This document shows positions 21,023 through 34,208 of a stretch of 64,000 nt of DNA, piece by piece (position 1 is the first letter of the stretch; every line of letters begins with the position of its first letter). The position numbers and the translations under genes were made by a program. The stretch comes from the human T2T-CHM13v2.0 reference genome, Homo sapiens. The notes under the pieces are model-generated. The model saw only the letters and a list, made by a program, of their open reading frames with translations, ran no database searches and was not told the origin of the DNA. The stretch lies in assembly GCF_009914755.1 (NCBI RefSeq), contig NC_060935.1, one strand, 5' to 3'.

Positions 21023-24000
21023 TAGAAGATAGTATTTACAAGCTTCATGGTAACTTCAAATCAAAAAACATACAATAAATACACAAAAAATAAAAAGCAA
21101 TACATTAAAGCATACCACTACAGAAAATCACCTTCACTAAAAGGAAGACAGGAAAGAAAGAAGGACGAGAAGACCACAAAACAACCAGAAAAAAAAATAA
21201 CAAAATTGCAAGAGTAAGTTCTTACTTATCAATAATAACAATGAATGTAAATTGACTAAACTCTCCAATAAGAAGACACAAAATGGCTGAACTGATTCAA
21301 AAAAGAATCAACAATAATCTGTTGCCTACAAGAAACACACTTCACCTATAAAGACACAGAGACTGAAAATAATGGGATGGGAAAAGATTTATATCAGACA
21401 AAATAGATTTCAAGGCTAAAACTATGAGACAAAGATCATTATATAATGATTAAAAAGGTCAGTTCAGAAAGCGAATATAACAATTTAAAATATATATGCA
21501 TCTTACACTGGAGCACCCAGATATATAAAGTAAACATTAGTAGAGCTAAAGAGAGAGATAGGTCCCAATACAATAATAGCTAGAGACTTCAACACCCCAC
21601 TTTCAGCATTATCCAGACAGAAAATCAACAAAGAAATATTGGACTTAATCTGCACTATAGACCAAATATGACCTAATACATATTTACAGAACATTTAATC
21701 TAATGGCTGTAGAATACACATTCTTCTCCTCAGCACATAGATCATTCTCAAGGATAGGCCAAAAGTTAGATCACGGAACAAGTATTAAAACATTAAACAA
21801 ATGAAACAAGCATCTCCTCTGACAAAAATGGAATAAAGCTAGAAATCATTAACACAAGGAATTTTGGAAAGTATAAAGGCACAAAGATATTAAACAGTAT
21901 ATTCTTGAACAACCAGTGGATCAATGAAGAGATTAAGAAGGAAAATAAAAATTTTCTTGAAACAAATGATAGTGGAAATACAACTTACCAAAACCTATGT
22001 CATACGGCAAAAGCAGTACTAAAGTACTAACAGAGAAGTTTATAGCTAAAAGTGTCTACATCAAAAAAGAAGAAAGACTTCAAATAAACAACTTAATGAT
22101 GCATCTTAAAGAATTAGAAAGGCAAGAGCAAGCCAAACCCCAAATTAGCAGAAGAAAAGAAATAATAAAGATCAGAGCAGAACTATATGAATTTGAAATG
22201 AAGAAAATACAAAAGATCAATGAAACAAAAAGTTTGTTTTTTGAAAACACAAACAAAATTGACAAACCTTTAGCCAGACTAAATAAGATAAAAGAGAGAA
22301 GGTCCAAATAAATAAAATCAGATATGAAAAAGGACATATTATAAAAACTGATACTGCAGAAATTCAAAGGATCATTAGTGGCTACTATAAGCAACTACAT
22401 GCCAATAAATTAGAAAATCTAGAAGAAATGAATAAATTCCTAAACATATACAACCTGCCAAGATTGAACCATTAAGCGATTCAAAACATGAACAGGCCAA
22501 TAACAAGTAACAAAATTGAAGCCATAGTAAAAGTCTTCCAGAATTTAAAAAAAAAAAAATCTTGGGACCTGATGGCTTCACTGTTGAATCCTAGCAAACA
22601 TTTAAAGAAAAAACAATACCAATCCTACTCAAATTATTCTGAAAAATAGAGGAAGAGGGAATACTTCCAAACTCATTCTATGAAGCCAGTATTACCCTTG
22701 TACCAAAACCAAAGACATATCAAAAAGAAAACTATAGGTCAATATCACTGATGAATACTGATGCAAAAATCCTCAACAAAATACCAGCACACTGAATTCA
22801 ACAGCACGTTGAAAAGATCATTCATCAAGACCAAGTGGGATTTATCCCAGGGATGCCGGATTGGTTCAACATATGCAAATCCATCGATGTGATACGTTAT
22901 ATCAACAGAATGAAGGACAAAAGCAACATAATCATTTCAATTGATGCTAAAAAAAAAAGTATTTGATAAAATTCAACATCTCTTCATGATAAAAACCCTC
23001 AAAAAACTGGGGATAAAAGGAACATAGCTCATGCCGTATACAATGGACTTACAGCTAATATTATACTGAATGGGGAAAAACTAAAAGCCTTTCTTCTAAG
23101 ATCTGTAACATGACAAGAATACCCACTTTCTCTAGTGTTATTCAACGTAATACTGGGAATCCTAGCAAGAGTAACCATATAAGAGAAAAAAATGAAGGGC
23201 ATCTACATTGGAAAAAAAAGAAGCCAAATTATCCTTGTTTGCAGATATATGATATGATTTTATATTTGGAAAAACCTAAAGATTCCACAGAAAAATTATT
23301 CAAACTGATAAACAATTCAGTAAAGGTGCAGGATACAATATTGACATACAATAATCAGTAGCATTTCTATATGCCTCCAGTAAACAATCTCAAGGAAAAA
23401 TCAGGAAAGCAATGTCATTTATAATAGCTACAGATAAAATACAATACCTAGGAATTAACCAAAGAATTAGAGGAGCTCTACAATGAAAACTATAAAACAT
23501 TGATGACAGAAATTGAAGAGGGCAACCCAAAAAATGGAAGGATATTCCATGTTCATGGATTGGAAGAATCACTATTGTTAAAATGTTCATACTACCCAAA
23601 ACAATCTACTGATTCAATGCAATCTCTATCAAAATACCAATGACATTCTTCACAGAAATAGAAAAAAAAATTTCTATGAAACCACAAAAGATCCAGAATA
23701 GCCAAAGCTGTACTGAGCAAAGAGAACAAAACTGGAGGAATCATATTACCTGACTTTAAATTATACTACAGAGCTGTAGTAACCAAAACAGCATGGCACT
23801 GGCATAAAAACAGATACTTGGAGCAATGGAACAGAATAAAGAACCCAGAAACAAATGCATACATCTACAGTGAACTCACGTTCAACAAAGGTGCCAAAAA
23901 CATACACTGGGGAAAGGACATTCTCTTCAATAGAAAATAGTGCTGGGAAAACTGGATATCCATACACAGAAGAATGAAACTAGACCCCTATCTCTTGCCA

Positions 24001-25141
24001 TAAACAAAATTCAAATCAAAATGGATTAAAGACTTAAATCTAAGACCTCAAACTATAAAACTACTAAAAGCAAACAATGGGAAAACTTTCCAGGATATGA
24101 GAGTAGGCAAAGATTTCTTGAGTTTTATTCCAAAAGCCCAAGCAACCAAAGCAAAAATGGACGAATGAGATCACCTCAAGTTAAAAAGCTTCTGCACAGC
24201 AAAGAAAACAACAAAGTGAAGAGACAACCCAAAGAATAAGAGAAAATATTTGCAAACTATGTATCTGATGAGGGATTAGTAACTAAAACATATAAGAAGC
24301 TCAAACAACTACATTAAAAAATCTAATAATGTGACCAAAAAATGGGCAAAATATCTGAATAGACATTTCTCAAAAGAAAACATACCAATGGCAAACAAGT
24401 ATATGAAAAGGTGCTCAACATTATTGATCATCAGAGAAATGCAAATCAAAACTACAATGAGATAACATTTCACCCCAGTTAAAATGGCTTTTATCCAAGA
24501 CAGGCAATATCAAATGCTGGAGACAATGTGGAGAAAAGAGAACCCTCATACACTGTTGGCAGGGACGTAAATTAGTACAACCACTATGGAGAACAGTTTG
24601 GAGATTCCTCAAAAAACTGAAAATAGAGCTACTATATGATCCAGCAATCCCACTCCTATATATACCCAAAAGAAAGAAAATCAGTATATCAAAGAGATAT
24701 CTGCACTCCCATATCTGCAGCCCTATTCACAATAGCCAAGATTTGGAAGCAACCTAAGTGTCCATCAACAGGTGAATGGATAAAGGAAATGTGGTACATA
24801 TACACAATGGAGTACTAGTAAGCCATAAAAAAAATGAGATCCTGTCATTTGCAATAGCATGGATGAAACTGGAGTTCATTATGTTAAGTGAAATAAGCCC
24901 ACCACAGAAGGACAAACTTAGCATGTTCTCATGTGGGAGCTAAAAATTAAAACAATTGAACTCATGGAGATAGAGAGAAGGATGGTTACCAGAGGCTGGG
25001 AAGGATAGTGGGGATAGTTAACGGGTACAAAAAAAAAAAAATAGAATGAATGAATAAGACCTAGTATCTGCTAGCAAAACAGGGTGACTATAGTCAGTAA
25101 TAATTTAATTGCACATTTTAAAATAACTAAAAGTATAATTG

Positions 25142-25436
25142 GGCCAGTCTCAGTGGCTCACGCCTGTAATCCTAGCACTTTGGGAGGCCAAGGCGGGTAG
25201 ATTGCCTGAGCTCAGGAGTTCAAGACCACCCTGGGCAACATGGTGAAACCCATCTCTATTAAAAATACAAAAACTTAGCCAGACATGGTGATGGGTGCCT
25301 GTAGTCCCAGCTACCTGGGAGGCTGAGGCATGAGAATTGCTTAACCTGGGAGGTAAAGGTTGCAGTGAGCCGAGATCACAACACTGCACTCCAGCCTCAG
25401 TGACAGAGCAAGACTCTGTCTCAAAAAGTAAATAAA
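25142..25436 (+). mobile_element. Alu inserted in the L1MA 3'UTR
   Basis: GGCCAGTCTCAGTGGCTCACGCCTGTAATCC...GACTCTGTCTCAAAAA; flanks share AAAAG(AG)TATAATTGG. Confidence 0.95.
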
Positions 25437-26149
25437 TAAAAGAGTATAATTGGATCGTTTGTCAAAATATAAATGCTTAAGGTGATTTAATTTTTTTTAA
25501 ATAAAATAAACAGCTGTTATTGTAATATTGTTATCATTAATATTATCATGTTAATATTTTGTGTTATTATATAGTATGTTTTGTGATAGAGATGGAAAAT
25601 AAGTTAGGACAAGATTATTAAATTAATGCTTAGCTTAGAACTTACTATGTAGTCCTGTGATTTCCAAACTATGTCTAATGGAACACTAGTTTATTTTACA
25701 GATGTAAATTTATATGCTTATCAAAATTATGCCAAAATTATGTGGACATTGATATAGATATCTACGGTCACAGAAGTGTGGGGAACACTGCTGACTCTAA
25801 CTTTCTCTTGGACAGCCATGTGCATGACTCACAGAATATCAGCATTTTCCACAATTATCTGACCATGAAACTTTTTAATAAAACATTTATTTATATCTGA
25901 TATCTACTGCTACAGAATATTCTGTGGAAAACTCTCTGTAATTAATGAAAAACCCTCCAAAGTATTTGACAGAAAGTGCCTTGATAAGCTCTGTCTTTTA
26001 GAAAATTTAATGTAGAGTCATTTCATAGTTTAGGCTAATGCGTAAAAGATTGAAAACATTGATCTCAGCTAAGAAAGTAATGCAATATCTGAAGTGAAAG
26101 ATGAGAAAAGTCATAAGTAATTTGTATAGGCAGTGTTGAAAAGACTAAC

Positions 26150-26410
26150 AATACTAGTAAGTATTAACAAAATATTTCTCAGAAACTATGAGCTAAAGAT
26201 TATGTTAAGTATAGTCATAAGGTTTATTTCATTTAATCTTCTAAATAACCCTGTGAAGGTAACCTATAAAGTACCCATTTTATAGATTTAAAAATTGAGG
26301 ACCAAAAATGTTAAACAAACTGTGCAAGTTCGCATAGCTAGAAAATGATGATGACAAGACTTGAGTCCTGATATGAGTCCAAATACTATCCATATACTTA
26401 TTTAGTGGTA
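26150..26410 (-). mobile_element. MIR
   Basis: TTCATTTAATCTTC...CCCTGTGAAGGT...CCCATTTTATAGAT. Confidence 0.6.
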
Positions 26411-27059
26411 CAATCAATATAAATATCAACCAATAACTTTTTGAGTATCAGCCCTAAGAGGAGAAAGTTGAAAAAGACTATAGGGTTTCCAGCTCAGTGA
26501 AGTTGATGGGATCATCATAATCTAGTTCCCAAGAAATGAAATGTAGGAAGAAAAGTGGAGTGGGAGTTCTACATCCTAGGAAGAATAACCAGTTAATAGG
26601 TGGATTTATGTGTCTAACACTCAAAAGAGAGCTTTAGACTAGAGACAGGGATATGGGACTCATTAGTGTTGGTGGTGGCTAAAGAAATGAGTGTACATGA
26701 CCTTTTCTGGAAAAGCATAAAAGAATAAGAGTTGAGACTGTGAATCCCAAGAGAGTACTCCAATTTTGCCAACCTGGCCATGAACAATGTACTATAATTC
26801 CTAATTCTGGGTCTGGTCAAAAACTAGATATAAGAGAGAATCAAGAGTACCCTGTTTCCTCCTACTTTGTCTTTTCGCTGGTCCCTGAGTTACAGCAGAG
26901 AGAAGTACTGCAAATCAGCAGTTGATTTGGCTCAATTATGCCAAACTGCCTTCATGAGGAGCTGATTTACTAATCACTGGTTTTGTGAAATAATTTAGCT
27001 GGTCATTTCAGTGTACCATAGAGATGCCTGTTCTGATCTCAAGGAGATAATTGCGCTCC

Positions 27060-27330
27060 CATTCATTTTTCAAAAATGTAGTATGTGTCAGGCATTTTGT
27101 AATGCATTGGGGATACAAATATGAATAATATACACTCTTCTGATTTCAAGGAGTTTGCAGTCAATTGAGGGTACAAATAAATGAACAACTCATTACATTA
27201 CAATTTATTATGCACATTTGGAGATTTGTACAAGATACACTAGACATGCAAACATAGGACCCTTGGCTTGCCTGGAGAAATTAGAAAAGACTCAACTTTT
27301 CTTGAACTAAAATTTGAAGGAAAGGAAGTT
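27060..27330 (-). mobile_element. L2 3' fragment
   Basis: CATTCATT...TATGTGTCAGGCATT...TTGGGGATACAAATATGAATAA. Confidence 0.55.
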
Positions 27331-27800
27331 TTTCCAGATGACCAAAGGTCATGCATGGCTGTTCCTCAAACTCACCTGCCATTGTGGTAGTGGGTGGCAG
27401 GCCACTTGATTCTGTACAAAGAATCAATGCACATTTGGGATTTTTTTAAAAAATTAAAACCCCTTAAAATGGTAAATATAAAATTATTTTTATCCACTTC
27501 TTTATAACCTCATTTCATGTGGTGTTCAGATCCCTGCGCTTCTGGCGTCTATCTAGTCTACTGAGGGTACCAAAGCCTCATATCAGAGGCATGTACACTT
27601 AGTTATTATTTCTGGGTTGTAGGGAGGAATATGTAAAGAGGTTAGAGAAAACAAACAAGAGAAGGAGGAAGAATTATGAGAAAAGAAAGAAAAGTTGGGG
27701 GCGGAAGATGAAATAGAAAGAAGAGGAAGAAAAGCCTTCTCAGTCCAGGAAATCTCTGTATTTCACATCTAGCTTCCTTGAAGGAGCTGGACATGAAGAT

Positions 27801-28772
27801 TCATGAGCCCAGAGGGGAGGTACAGCACCAAGTCTTGATGTCAAAGAACCGGTGGGCTACACCCTCACGTATCTGCTTAGTCTTCACACCATAGACAATG
27901 GGGTTCAGCATTGGTGGCACTGCCACATAAAGATTGGCCAGCAAGATATGGACATGTTGAGGAATATTACGCCCAAAATGATGGGTCAATAAGGTAAAGA
28001 AGGATGGAACATAAAACATAAGGATGACACAGAGGTGGGAGCCACAAGTGCTGAGGGCCTTGTGCCGAGCATCCTGGGAGGGCAAACGAAACACTGCTCG
28101 GAGGATCAGTGAGTAAGACACAGCGATGAGGATAACATCCAAGATGACCATGACAATGGGCACTGAGAAGCCATACCAAATGTTAACAGTGATGTCAGCA
28201 CAGGCTAAACGAGCCACTCCAATATGCTCACAGTAGGAGTGAGGAACAATGTTGGTTAGGCAGAAGGGCAGCCGCTTCAGCAAGAATATGACTGGGAAGA
28301 TGATGCAGAAGCTTCGGGTGATGACGGCCAGAGCAATCCTCCCCACAACAGGCCATGTTAGCACTGTTGTATATCTCAGTGGGGCACAAATGGCCACAAA
28401 GCGATCAAAGGCCATGGCTAACAGGATAGCTGACTCCCCCACAAACATCATATGGACAAAGAAGCCTTGGGTGACACAGGCATCAAAAGCAATGTTATGT
28501 GCTTGAAGCCAAAAGATGGCTAGGGCCTTGGGCACAGTGGTGGTAGACAGCAGGATGTCCATGACGGCCAGCATTGAGAGGAAGAAATACATGGGCACAT
28601 GAAGGTTACGTTCCATGACAATAACCACTATCAGGATGCTGTTTCCCAGGACTGCAGTGATGTAAATGAGGCAAAGAGGTATTGACAGCCAAATGTGATA
28701 AGCCTCCAACCCAGGGATGCCAGGAAGGACAAAAACTGCAGGATGGAAGATGGTAACATTGGTGTGACTCAT
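27801..28772 (-). CDS. OR52B2: Olfactory receptor 52B2 (class I 7TM GPCR), 323 aa, intact
   Basis: OR motifs GN, LHVPMYFFL, MAFDRFVAIC, SYCEH, KALSTCGSH, PPMLNPIVYG; N-glycosylation site NVT; sequence recognised. Confidence 0.95.
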   Translation of the reverse strand: MSHTNVTIFHPAVFVLPGIPGLEAYHIWLSIPLCLIYITAVLGNSILIVVIVMERNLHVPMYFFLSMLAVMDILLSTTTVPKALAIFWLQAHNIAFDACVTQGFFVHMMFVGESAILLAMAFDRFVAICAPLRYTTVLTWPVVGRIALAVITRSFCIIFPVIFLLKRLPFCLTNIVPHSYCEHIGVARLACADITVNIWYGFSVPIVMVILDVILIAVSYSLILRAVFRLPSQDARHKALSTCGSHLCVILMFYVPSFFTLLTHHFGRNIPQHVHILLANLYVAVPPMLNPIVYGVKTKQIREGVAHRFFDIKTWCCTSPLGS

Positions 28773-28818
28773 GATGCACTTTATGGTCCTCTCTATAATG
28801 ACTTAGAAGCTGATGAGT

Positions 28819-28848
28819 CTACTGAAAGTGATAGAAACAGAAAGCACT
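28819..28848 (-). promoter_or_regulatory. Splice acceptor (NAGNAG) for the OR52B2 coding exon
   Basis: Minus strand GTGCTTTCTGTTTCTATCACTTTCAG|TAG, 49 nt upstream of the ATG. Confidence 0.55.
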
Positions 28849-30212
28849 CCCGAATATGTATAAATATCATAAAAGACAGCATGGATTTCTAAATTGCTGG
28901 ACTCTCCAGCAGCAAGTACTCCCAGAGAATGTTCACTTGGTATAGGAATGGCTTCTGGCCCATAGTGCTTCCTTTGCAGATAGAGCTTCTGTGGCAATAA
29001 TGCTTCAAGTATGAACAGAAGTGGCAGCACCTTCCTGCAACCACCCTGCCCCCAGAGTTTGGCCTCACTCTCCCTTTCTGACCTCATTCTACTATTTCCA
29101 CACAAGCAGCATTTTCCACCTACCTGTGTTGTACTTGTCCCTTTCCCCAAGATTTTGTTCTGCATTTACCTTTAATTTCCCTCCCCTTCTACTTCTGTTT
29201 AACAAAATTTTAACCTTAAAATAAGTCCTCAAGACATACCACTTTGTAATGGTCTGTGTTCATAGCAATATATCTCCTTCCTAAAAAACTATTAACTAAA
29301 CTATATTTTAACTGGGTTATATTTAATCCTATTAAGTTTATCTGGCTATTGCCTTGAACATTTCACAGGACACTTGCACCTCTGGCCCCTTGTGCAAGGG
29401 AGTAGAGTATCAAGTGGGAATCCAGAGGAAGCCTAGAGGGGTACATTTCTCCACTCTGATCCAGATTCATATCTTCCCTAATGCAGTGAGCAATGGGGCA
29501 GCCAATGAAACTGAGACAGGCAATTTTCATCACCAGCTCCTCATGGACTTCTCATGCTCCTCCTCAAATATTTCTATACAGGAGCCTCTTGGTTATGTCT
29601 GGGCTTCCTTATCTGTAGAAGCCCCCCAGGAAAACGATTCTGAGCAAAAGAAATCAATATATTGCCCACCTGTAAACTCTGCTGACTCCACTAATACTGC
29701 CCTTCTTCCCACCCCACTGTTCCCCAACGCTCAGAAGGAACCATGTTTCCCTGCTGCCAAGAAGGATTAAGTATAGAGCCCTTCTTGGCTTGCCTGCCAC
29801 TCAGGTAATATTTGTTTCATTCTGAAGTTCTGAACTATCTGTCAGCTATTAGGACTAGGGAAAGAGTGTATGATTAAGAATCTAGAAGGGAACATGAAGA
29901 AAAGGGACCACAGAGACAGTAAAGAGAGAATCAGAACTATAAAGGTACCAAATAAACACTAGACTGATCTTCTGATAATGGTATTCAGAGGGCCCCAAAG
30001 AAGAGATGCAAAGGAATAAAATCCTCAGTTTATTAGTCCATCCCTCTGCCTCTATGCAAATGAACTTTCTCAGAGCACAGTGGGCTGTGGGGAGGGAGCA
30101 ATGGGACTCCAGATGGGTACAAGGAAGGGAATAGAGCCAGATCCAGACAAGTAAAGGCCGCAGGCAGGCTAATAATCTGACAGCATTCAAGTCAGTATAT
30201 TTTAAATATTTG

Positions 30213-30504
30213 GGCCAGGCACAGTGTCTCATGCCTATAATCCCAGAAGTTTGGGAGGCCAAGATGGGAGGATCGCTTGAGGCCAGGTATTCAAGACCTG
30301 CCTAGGTAACATAACAAGACCCTGTCGCTACAAAACAATTTAAAAATTAGCCGGGAATGGTGGCACGCACCTGTAGTCCCAGCTACTTGGAGGCGGAGGC
30401 AGGAGGATCTCTTGAGCCCAGGAGTTTGGGGCTGCAGTGAATGAGCTATGATGGCACCACTGCACTCCAGCCTAGGTGATGGAGCAAGACTCTGTCTCTT
30501 TAAA
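30213..30504 (+). mobile_element. AluJ
   Basis: GGCCAGGCACAGTG...GGAGGATCGCTTGAGGCCAGG...TTGAGCCCAGGAGTTTG (AluJ diagnostics). Confidence 0.93.
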
Positions 30505-30594
30505 ATATATATATATACATATATGTATATATATAAAATACATATTATATGTACACATATATGTATATATATATGTGCGTGTGTATATATGTAT
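30505..30594. repeat. (TA)n/(TACA)n low-complexity repeat derived from the Alu tail
   Basis: ATATATATATATACATATATGTATATAT... Confidence 0.85.
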
Positions 30595-31319
30595 GTTCAA
30601 CTTCTACTTAGAAGAGAGGCTGAGCTTTGCTGGAATGAGCACAGAGAAGAAGTCATTAGTAGCATTGCTCTGGCTCTATTTTAAAGTATTGAACTCAAAT
30701 TTATACAAGCAAAAGCCCCAGCAGAAAAAACAAATTCATTTTCCTTAGGAGGAAATTTATTGGACATTTATTTTCTCACAACTTTCCCAACCCCTCCAGT
30801 TATTAACATACTCCTTCTCAATAAAACAGTAAGACACCTGATATACGTCCTCATCAAAACAAGTCTGCTCTCTGCTTATGACTCTGTGATGTTTTATCAC
30901 TCCAACAGTGAGTACCAAAGGCAGGGTGGAGAGAGGGGCAATGAGGCCTAGATGGCTGTTAATGAGGTCCTGGAAAGGAGGTTACTGCCCATGGAAAGAA
31001 GGACTTTCATTTTATTCAGTGGCGTCTTAGAGCTCCATCAAAGCCCTGCTGCTCCTCTGTCAAGCACCTTTGGAGCGTTCGAGCCTCATTTAGGAAAGAG
31101 TTAAGGGTGAGAAGAAAGGAAACTCACAGGCAAAAAGAGGAATATCCAACGTCTCCCAGAAGTACCTCCCAGAGCTCCCAAGAGAACATCCAGCTGAGCG
31201 AGAAAAAAAAGAGCCAGAATAGTAGAGATGGAGCAGGAGCCAAGCTAGCTGGGAAAGAACACAACAAAGAAGGTGTAGATATTAAGTTCCGGAGCCAGAC
31301 TTTCTGCATTCATTTCCCA

Positions 31320-31604
31320 GTTCTTCCCTAACTAACTAGATCTTGGGCAAGTCACTTTACTTCTGCATGCCTCAGTTTTTTTATTTGTAAGATGTGGATA
31401 CCTGGGGAGGGGGGAGGGATAGCATTGGGAGATATACCTAATGCTAGATGACACGTTAGTGGGTGCAGCGCACCAGCATGGCACATGTATACATATGTAA
31501 CTAACCTGCACAATGTGCACATGTACCCTAAAACTTAGAGTATAATAAAAAAAAAAAAATTAAAAAAAAAATAAAAATAAATAAAAAAAAAAAAGAATCC
31601 CTGA

Positions 31605-31641
<37 letters not shown>

Positions 31642-31730
31642 TGTGGATACCAAAAAAAACTTCATGTGGTAATTGTGGGGATTAAATAAGTTTGTAATGA
31701 GTGCTCAGAAAAGTAGGTTACTATTCTTGT
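31320..31730 (+). mobile_element. MIR split by the L1HS insertion
   Basis: CTTGGGCAAGTCACTTTACTTCTGCATGCCTCAGTTTT...GTAAGATG, continuing ...TTGTGGGGATTAAATAAG after the insert. Confidence 0.7.
31403..31637 (+). mobile_element. Severely 5'-truncated L1HS (pre-Ta) with short 3' transduction
   Basis: ACG diagnostic at 31453-31455, G at 31538, perfect 14-bp TSD AAGATGTGGATACC (31389-31402 / 31638-31651), two A-tails. Confidence 0.92.
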
Positions 31731-31734
31731 TTAT

Positions 31735-31758
31735 ATCATCATCATCATCATCATTATT
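31735..31758. repeat. (ATC)n short tandem repeat
   Basis: ATCATCATCATCATCATCATTATT. Confidence 0.75.
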
Positions 31759-32939
31759 ACCTCTGTTTGGCCATCATTCTCTTGTATTTTTTCCAGTAGG
31801 CAAAACACCTTAATGAATATTTAGCAACATTAAAGTCTTATTCTTCATCCAAATATGACCAAAGGAAACTCCTTTCTCAGGAAGAAAGAGGAGGAAAAGG
31901 AATGAAGGAAGTGCCCAATGAAAGGAAAATAGCCTGAGACCAGATCTCTCAGATAAACCTGGTGTCTCAAAAACCAGACCCAAGGGCTTTGGGTGGTGCA
32001 CCAGGCATATCCACTACTGATGGACTTAGCTTGGGTGAGGACTACCTGGCAGTCTTCCTGTAAATGCTCTGAAAAACATCCACCTGTCTCAACACAAAGA
32101 GAAATTATCTCCATCATTTACAGAAGCCTCAGGAACATCACAGAACAATGGGAGTCAGCTTCAACTGCAGAACTGAGGAGATTTGGAAGTGGGAATTATA
32201 GAGAAGATTTGGTCCACACTTTAAAGGCGAAATGGAGCCCACTTCTCTGCAGCTCCTGACCAGACTTCCTAACCAGCTCTATTTTTTGGTAATAACTGTT
32301 TCCTCTTTAGGGGGTTATATAAAGGTCTTTTATGTCTTTATGCAATCTCAATTCAGAAGACTCTCCTTCCATCATAACAATGTATTCAAATGTGTTCACA
32401 AACCACATGTGATATAATTTTTAGGTAACTATACAGGAGTTGAGTTACCTTTTTGCCGAGTTGTATTATCTAGATATTTATTTATACAAGTATTAATTTC
32501 ACTTTGCCATTTTCCTTGTTATGTGCATTTTAGATGTCAAGTATTTTTCACAAGTCTTAGGTTCTTCAAAATGCACAGTCTCTGTACACTAAAGCCATGT
32601 CCCTAATGGATAAAACAGCTGCAAACCTCACTACCCCACTGTCCTCTGCTTGTAAGACTGGTCTCTGTTTGCAGCACAATATATTGCAGGCTTTGTTATA
32701 ATAAGTGTCATAAGAAATTTGTTTCTAATAACATATAAGGTCTCAAAATTTATAAATTATTTACCCTTCTAATATATTGGGGAAAATTCAGATGTATACC
32801 TTTAATAAGCTCACTCTTGCCCATGTGCACTTAAAGCTAGCATGTAAGAAGATGTTTTCATAATCTAAAGCCAGTGCTATCCATGATGCAGAGGCACTAA
32901 AATTCCCTTAATTCAGACAACCCTTAACAGTAACTCATG

Positions 32940-33265
32940 GTTTTTTAATTACTTATTTTTTAGCTGACGAATAAAAATGGTATACATTTATGTTGTACAA
33001 CATGATGTTTTGATAAATGTATACATTGTGGAATGGCTAAATCAAGCCAATTCATGCTTATTACCTCACATATTTATTTTTTGTTGTTAAAACATTTAAA
33101 ATCTACTCTCAGCAATTTTCAAGTATATAATATATTGTTATTAACTATAGTCAGCATGATGTTCAATAGATTTTTTAAACGTATTCCTCCTAATTGTATT
33201 GTTTTTTCATTTGACCAACATCTCTCTAATCACCCCTGAATCTCAAGCCTCTGGCAACCAGCATG
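32940..33265 (-). mobile_element. L1MA-type 3' end fragment
   Basis: TGTACAACATGATGTTTTG...TACATTGTGGAATGGCTAAATCAAG...AATCTACTCTCAGCAATTTTCAAGTATATAATA. Confidence 0.8.
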
Positions 33266-34122
33266 ATTTACTTTTGTAATGAATAAACATCTTGAGAAAA
33301 ATTCCCACCTATCCATTTGTTTTACTATCTATAAACATTTTGGGTATTTTGCCAAGCTTGAGTAAGCATATGGTGATGTATCATGTGTAAATATCTTCTA
33401 TGTTCTTGTGATGTAGTAGCAAAAATGTGGAGAACCCCAGCCCCAAAGCACCACCTCTTCCTTCCCAATGTCTATATCTGTTCTACAAGATGCAGGACAA
33501 AAAAAACAAAACAAAACAAAAAACTGAAAAAAAAAACAAAAACAAAAAACAGAAAAAAGAGGATTTTTCAAGTTTAGACACAACTGACACCAAGATTACC
33601 AAAAGAAAGTTTCCTTAAGACTTTGGGACTGAGGAGCTCATAGCACTAAGTACAGAGCCTGACACATTGTAGGTTCTTAGGAAATATTTGAAAAAAATAA
33701 GCCATGGAATTAGTGAATTAATCTTTCTCCAGTAGCTTTGCTTATTTCCCCAAAACAAGGTGTTGATCAAAACCCAAGCCATTTTCATGAATAGCACCCA
33801 CTAATATACCCTTCCCTGGTATAGTCTGATTCTGATGGCTCTAAAAACTGCCCTGAAACCCTTAAACAGGAAGTTTTCTCTTTCTCATGTGCTCCTGGTG
33901 CTTTTCCTTGCCCCTCTCTGCGTTCCTATTCCTATCTCTCATCAGTGTTTACCGCCTAAACCCACTGATGTATCTCCCAATGCCCACACTCCCCACTCTA
34001 TGCTGTCATGCTGCAATCCCTCTCTCATCCTTTGTCTCACTGACCCCTTATCTTTCTCCCACATACCCATTTCTTTCTTCACAACTGCAGCCTTTGTCCT
34101 TTACAGATACCCCTAAATACAC

Positions 34123-34170
34123 AAACACACACTCTCTCTCTCTCTCTCTCACTCACACACACACACACAC
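34123..34170. repeat. Compound (CT)n(CA)n microsatellite
   Basis: ACACACACTCTCTCTC...CACACACACACACAC. Confidence 0.85.
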
Positions 34171-34208
34171 CTGCCAATCCCTCCCTCTGCCACCACCAAT
34201 GCTCTTAA

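Noticed and set aside
25869-25881. AACTTTTTAATAA, a 12/13 match to the H/P-element 13-mer AACTTTTTAATGA
   Set aside because: The mismatch falls in the TAATGA core, the context is AT-rich and probably repeat-derived, and there is no good adjacent O/E site.
28803-30262. ORFs of 120-138 aa upstream of OR52B2
   Set aside because: No recognisable domain, mostly non-ATG starts, one begins inside an Alu; chance-length ORFs.
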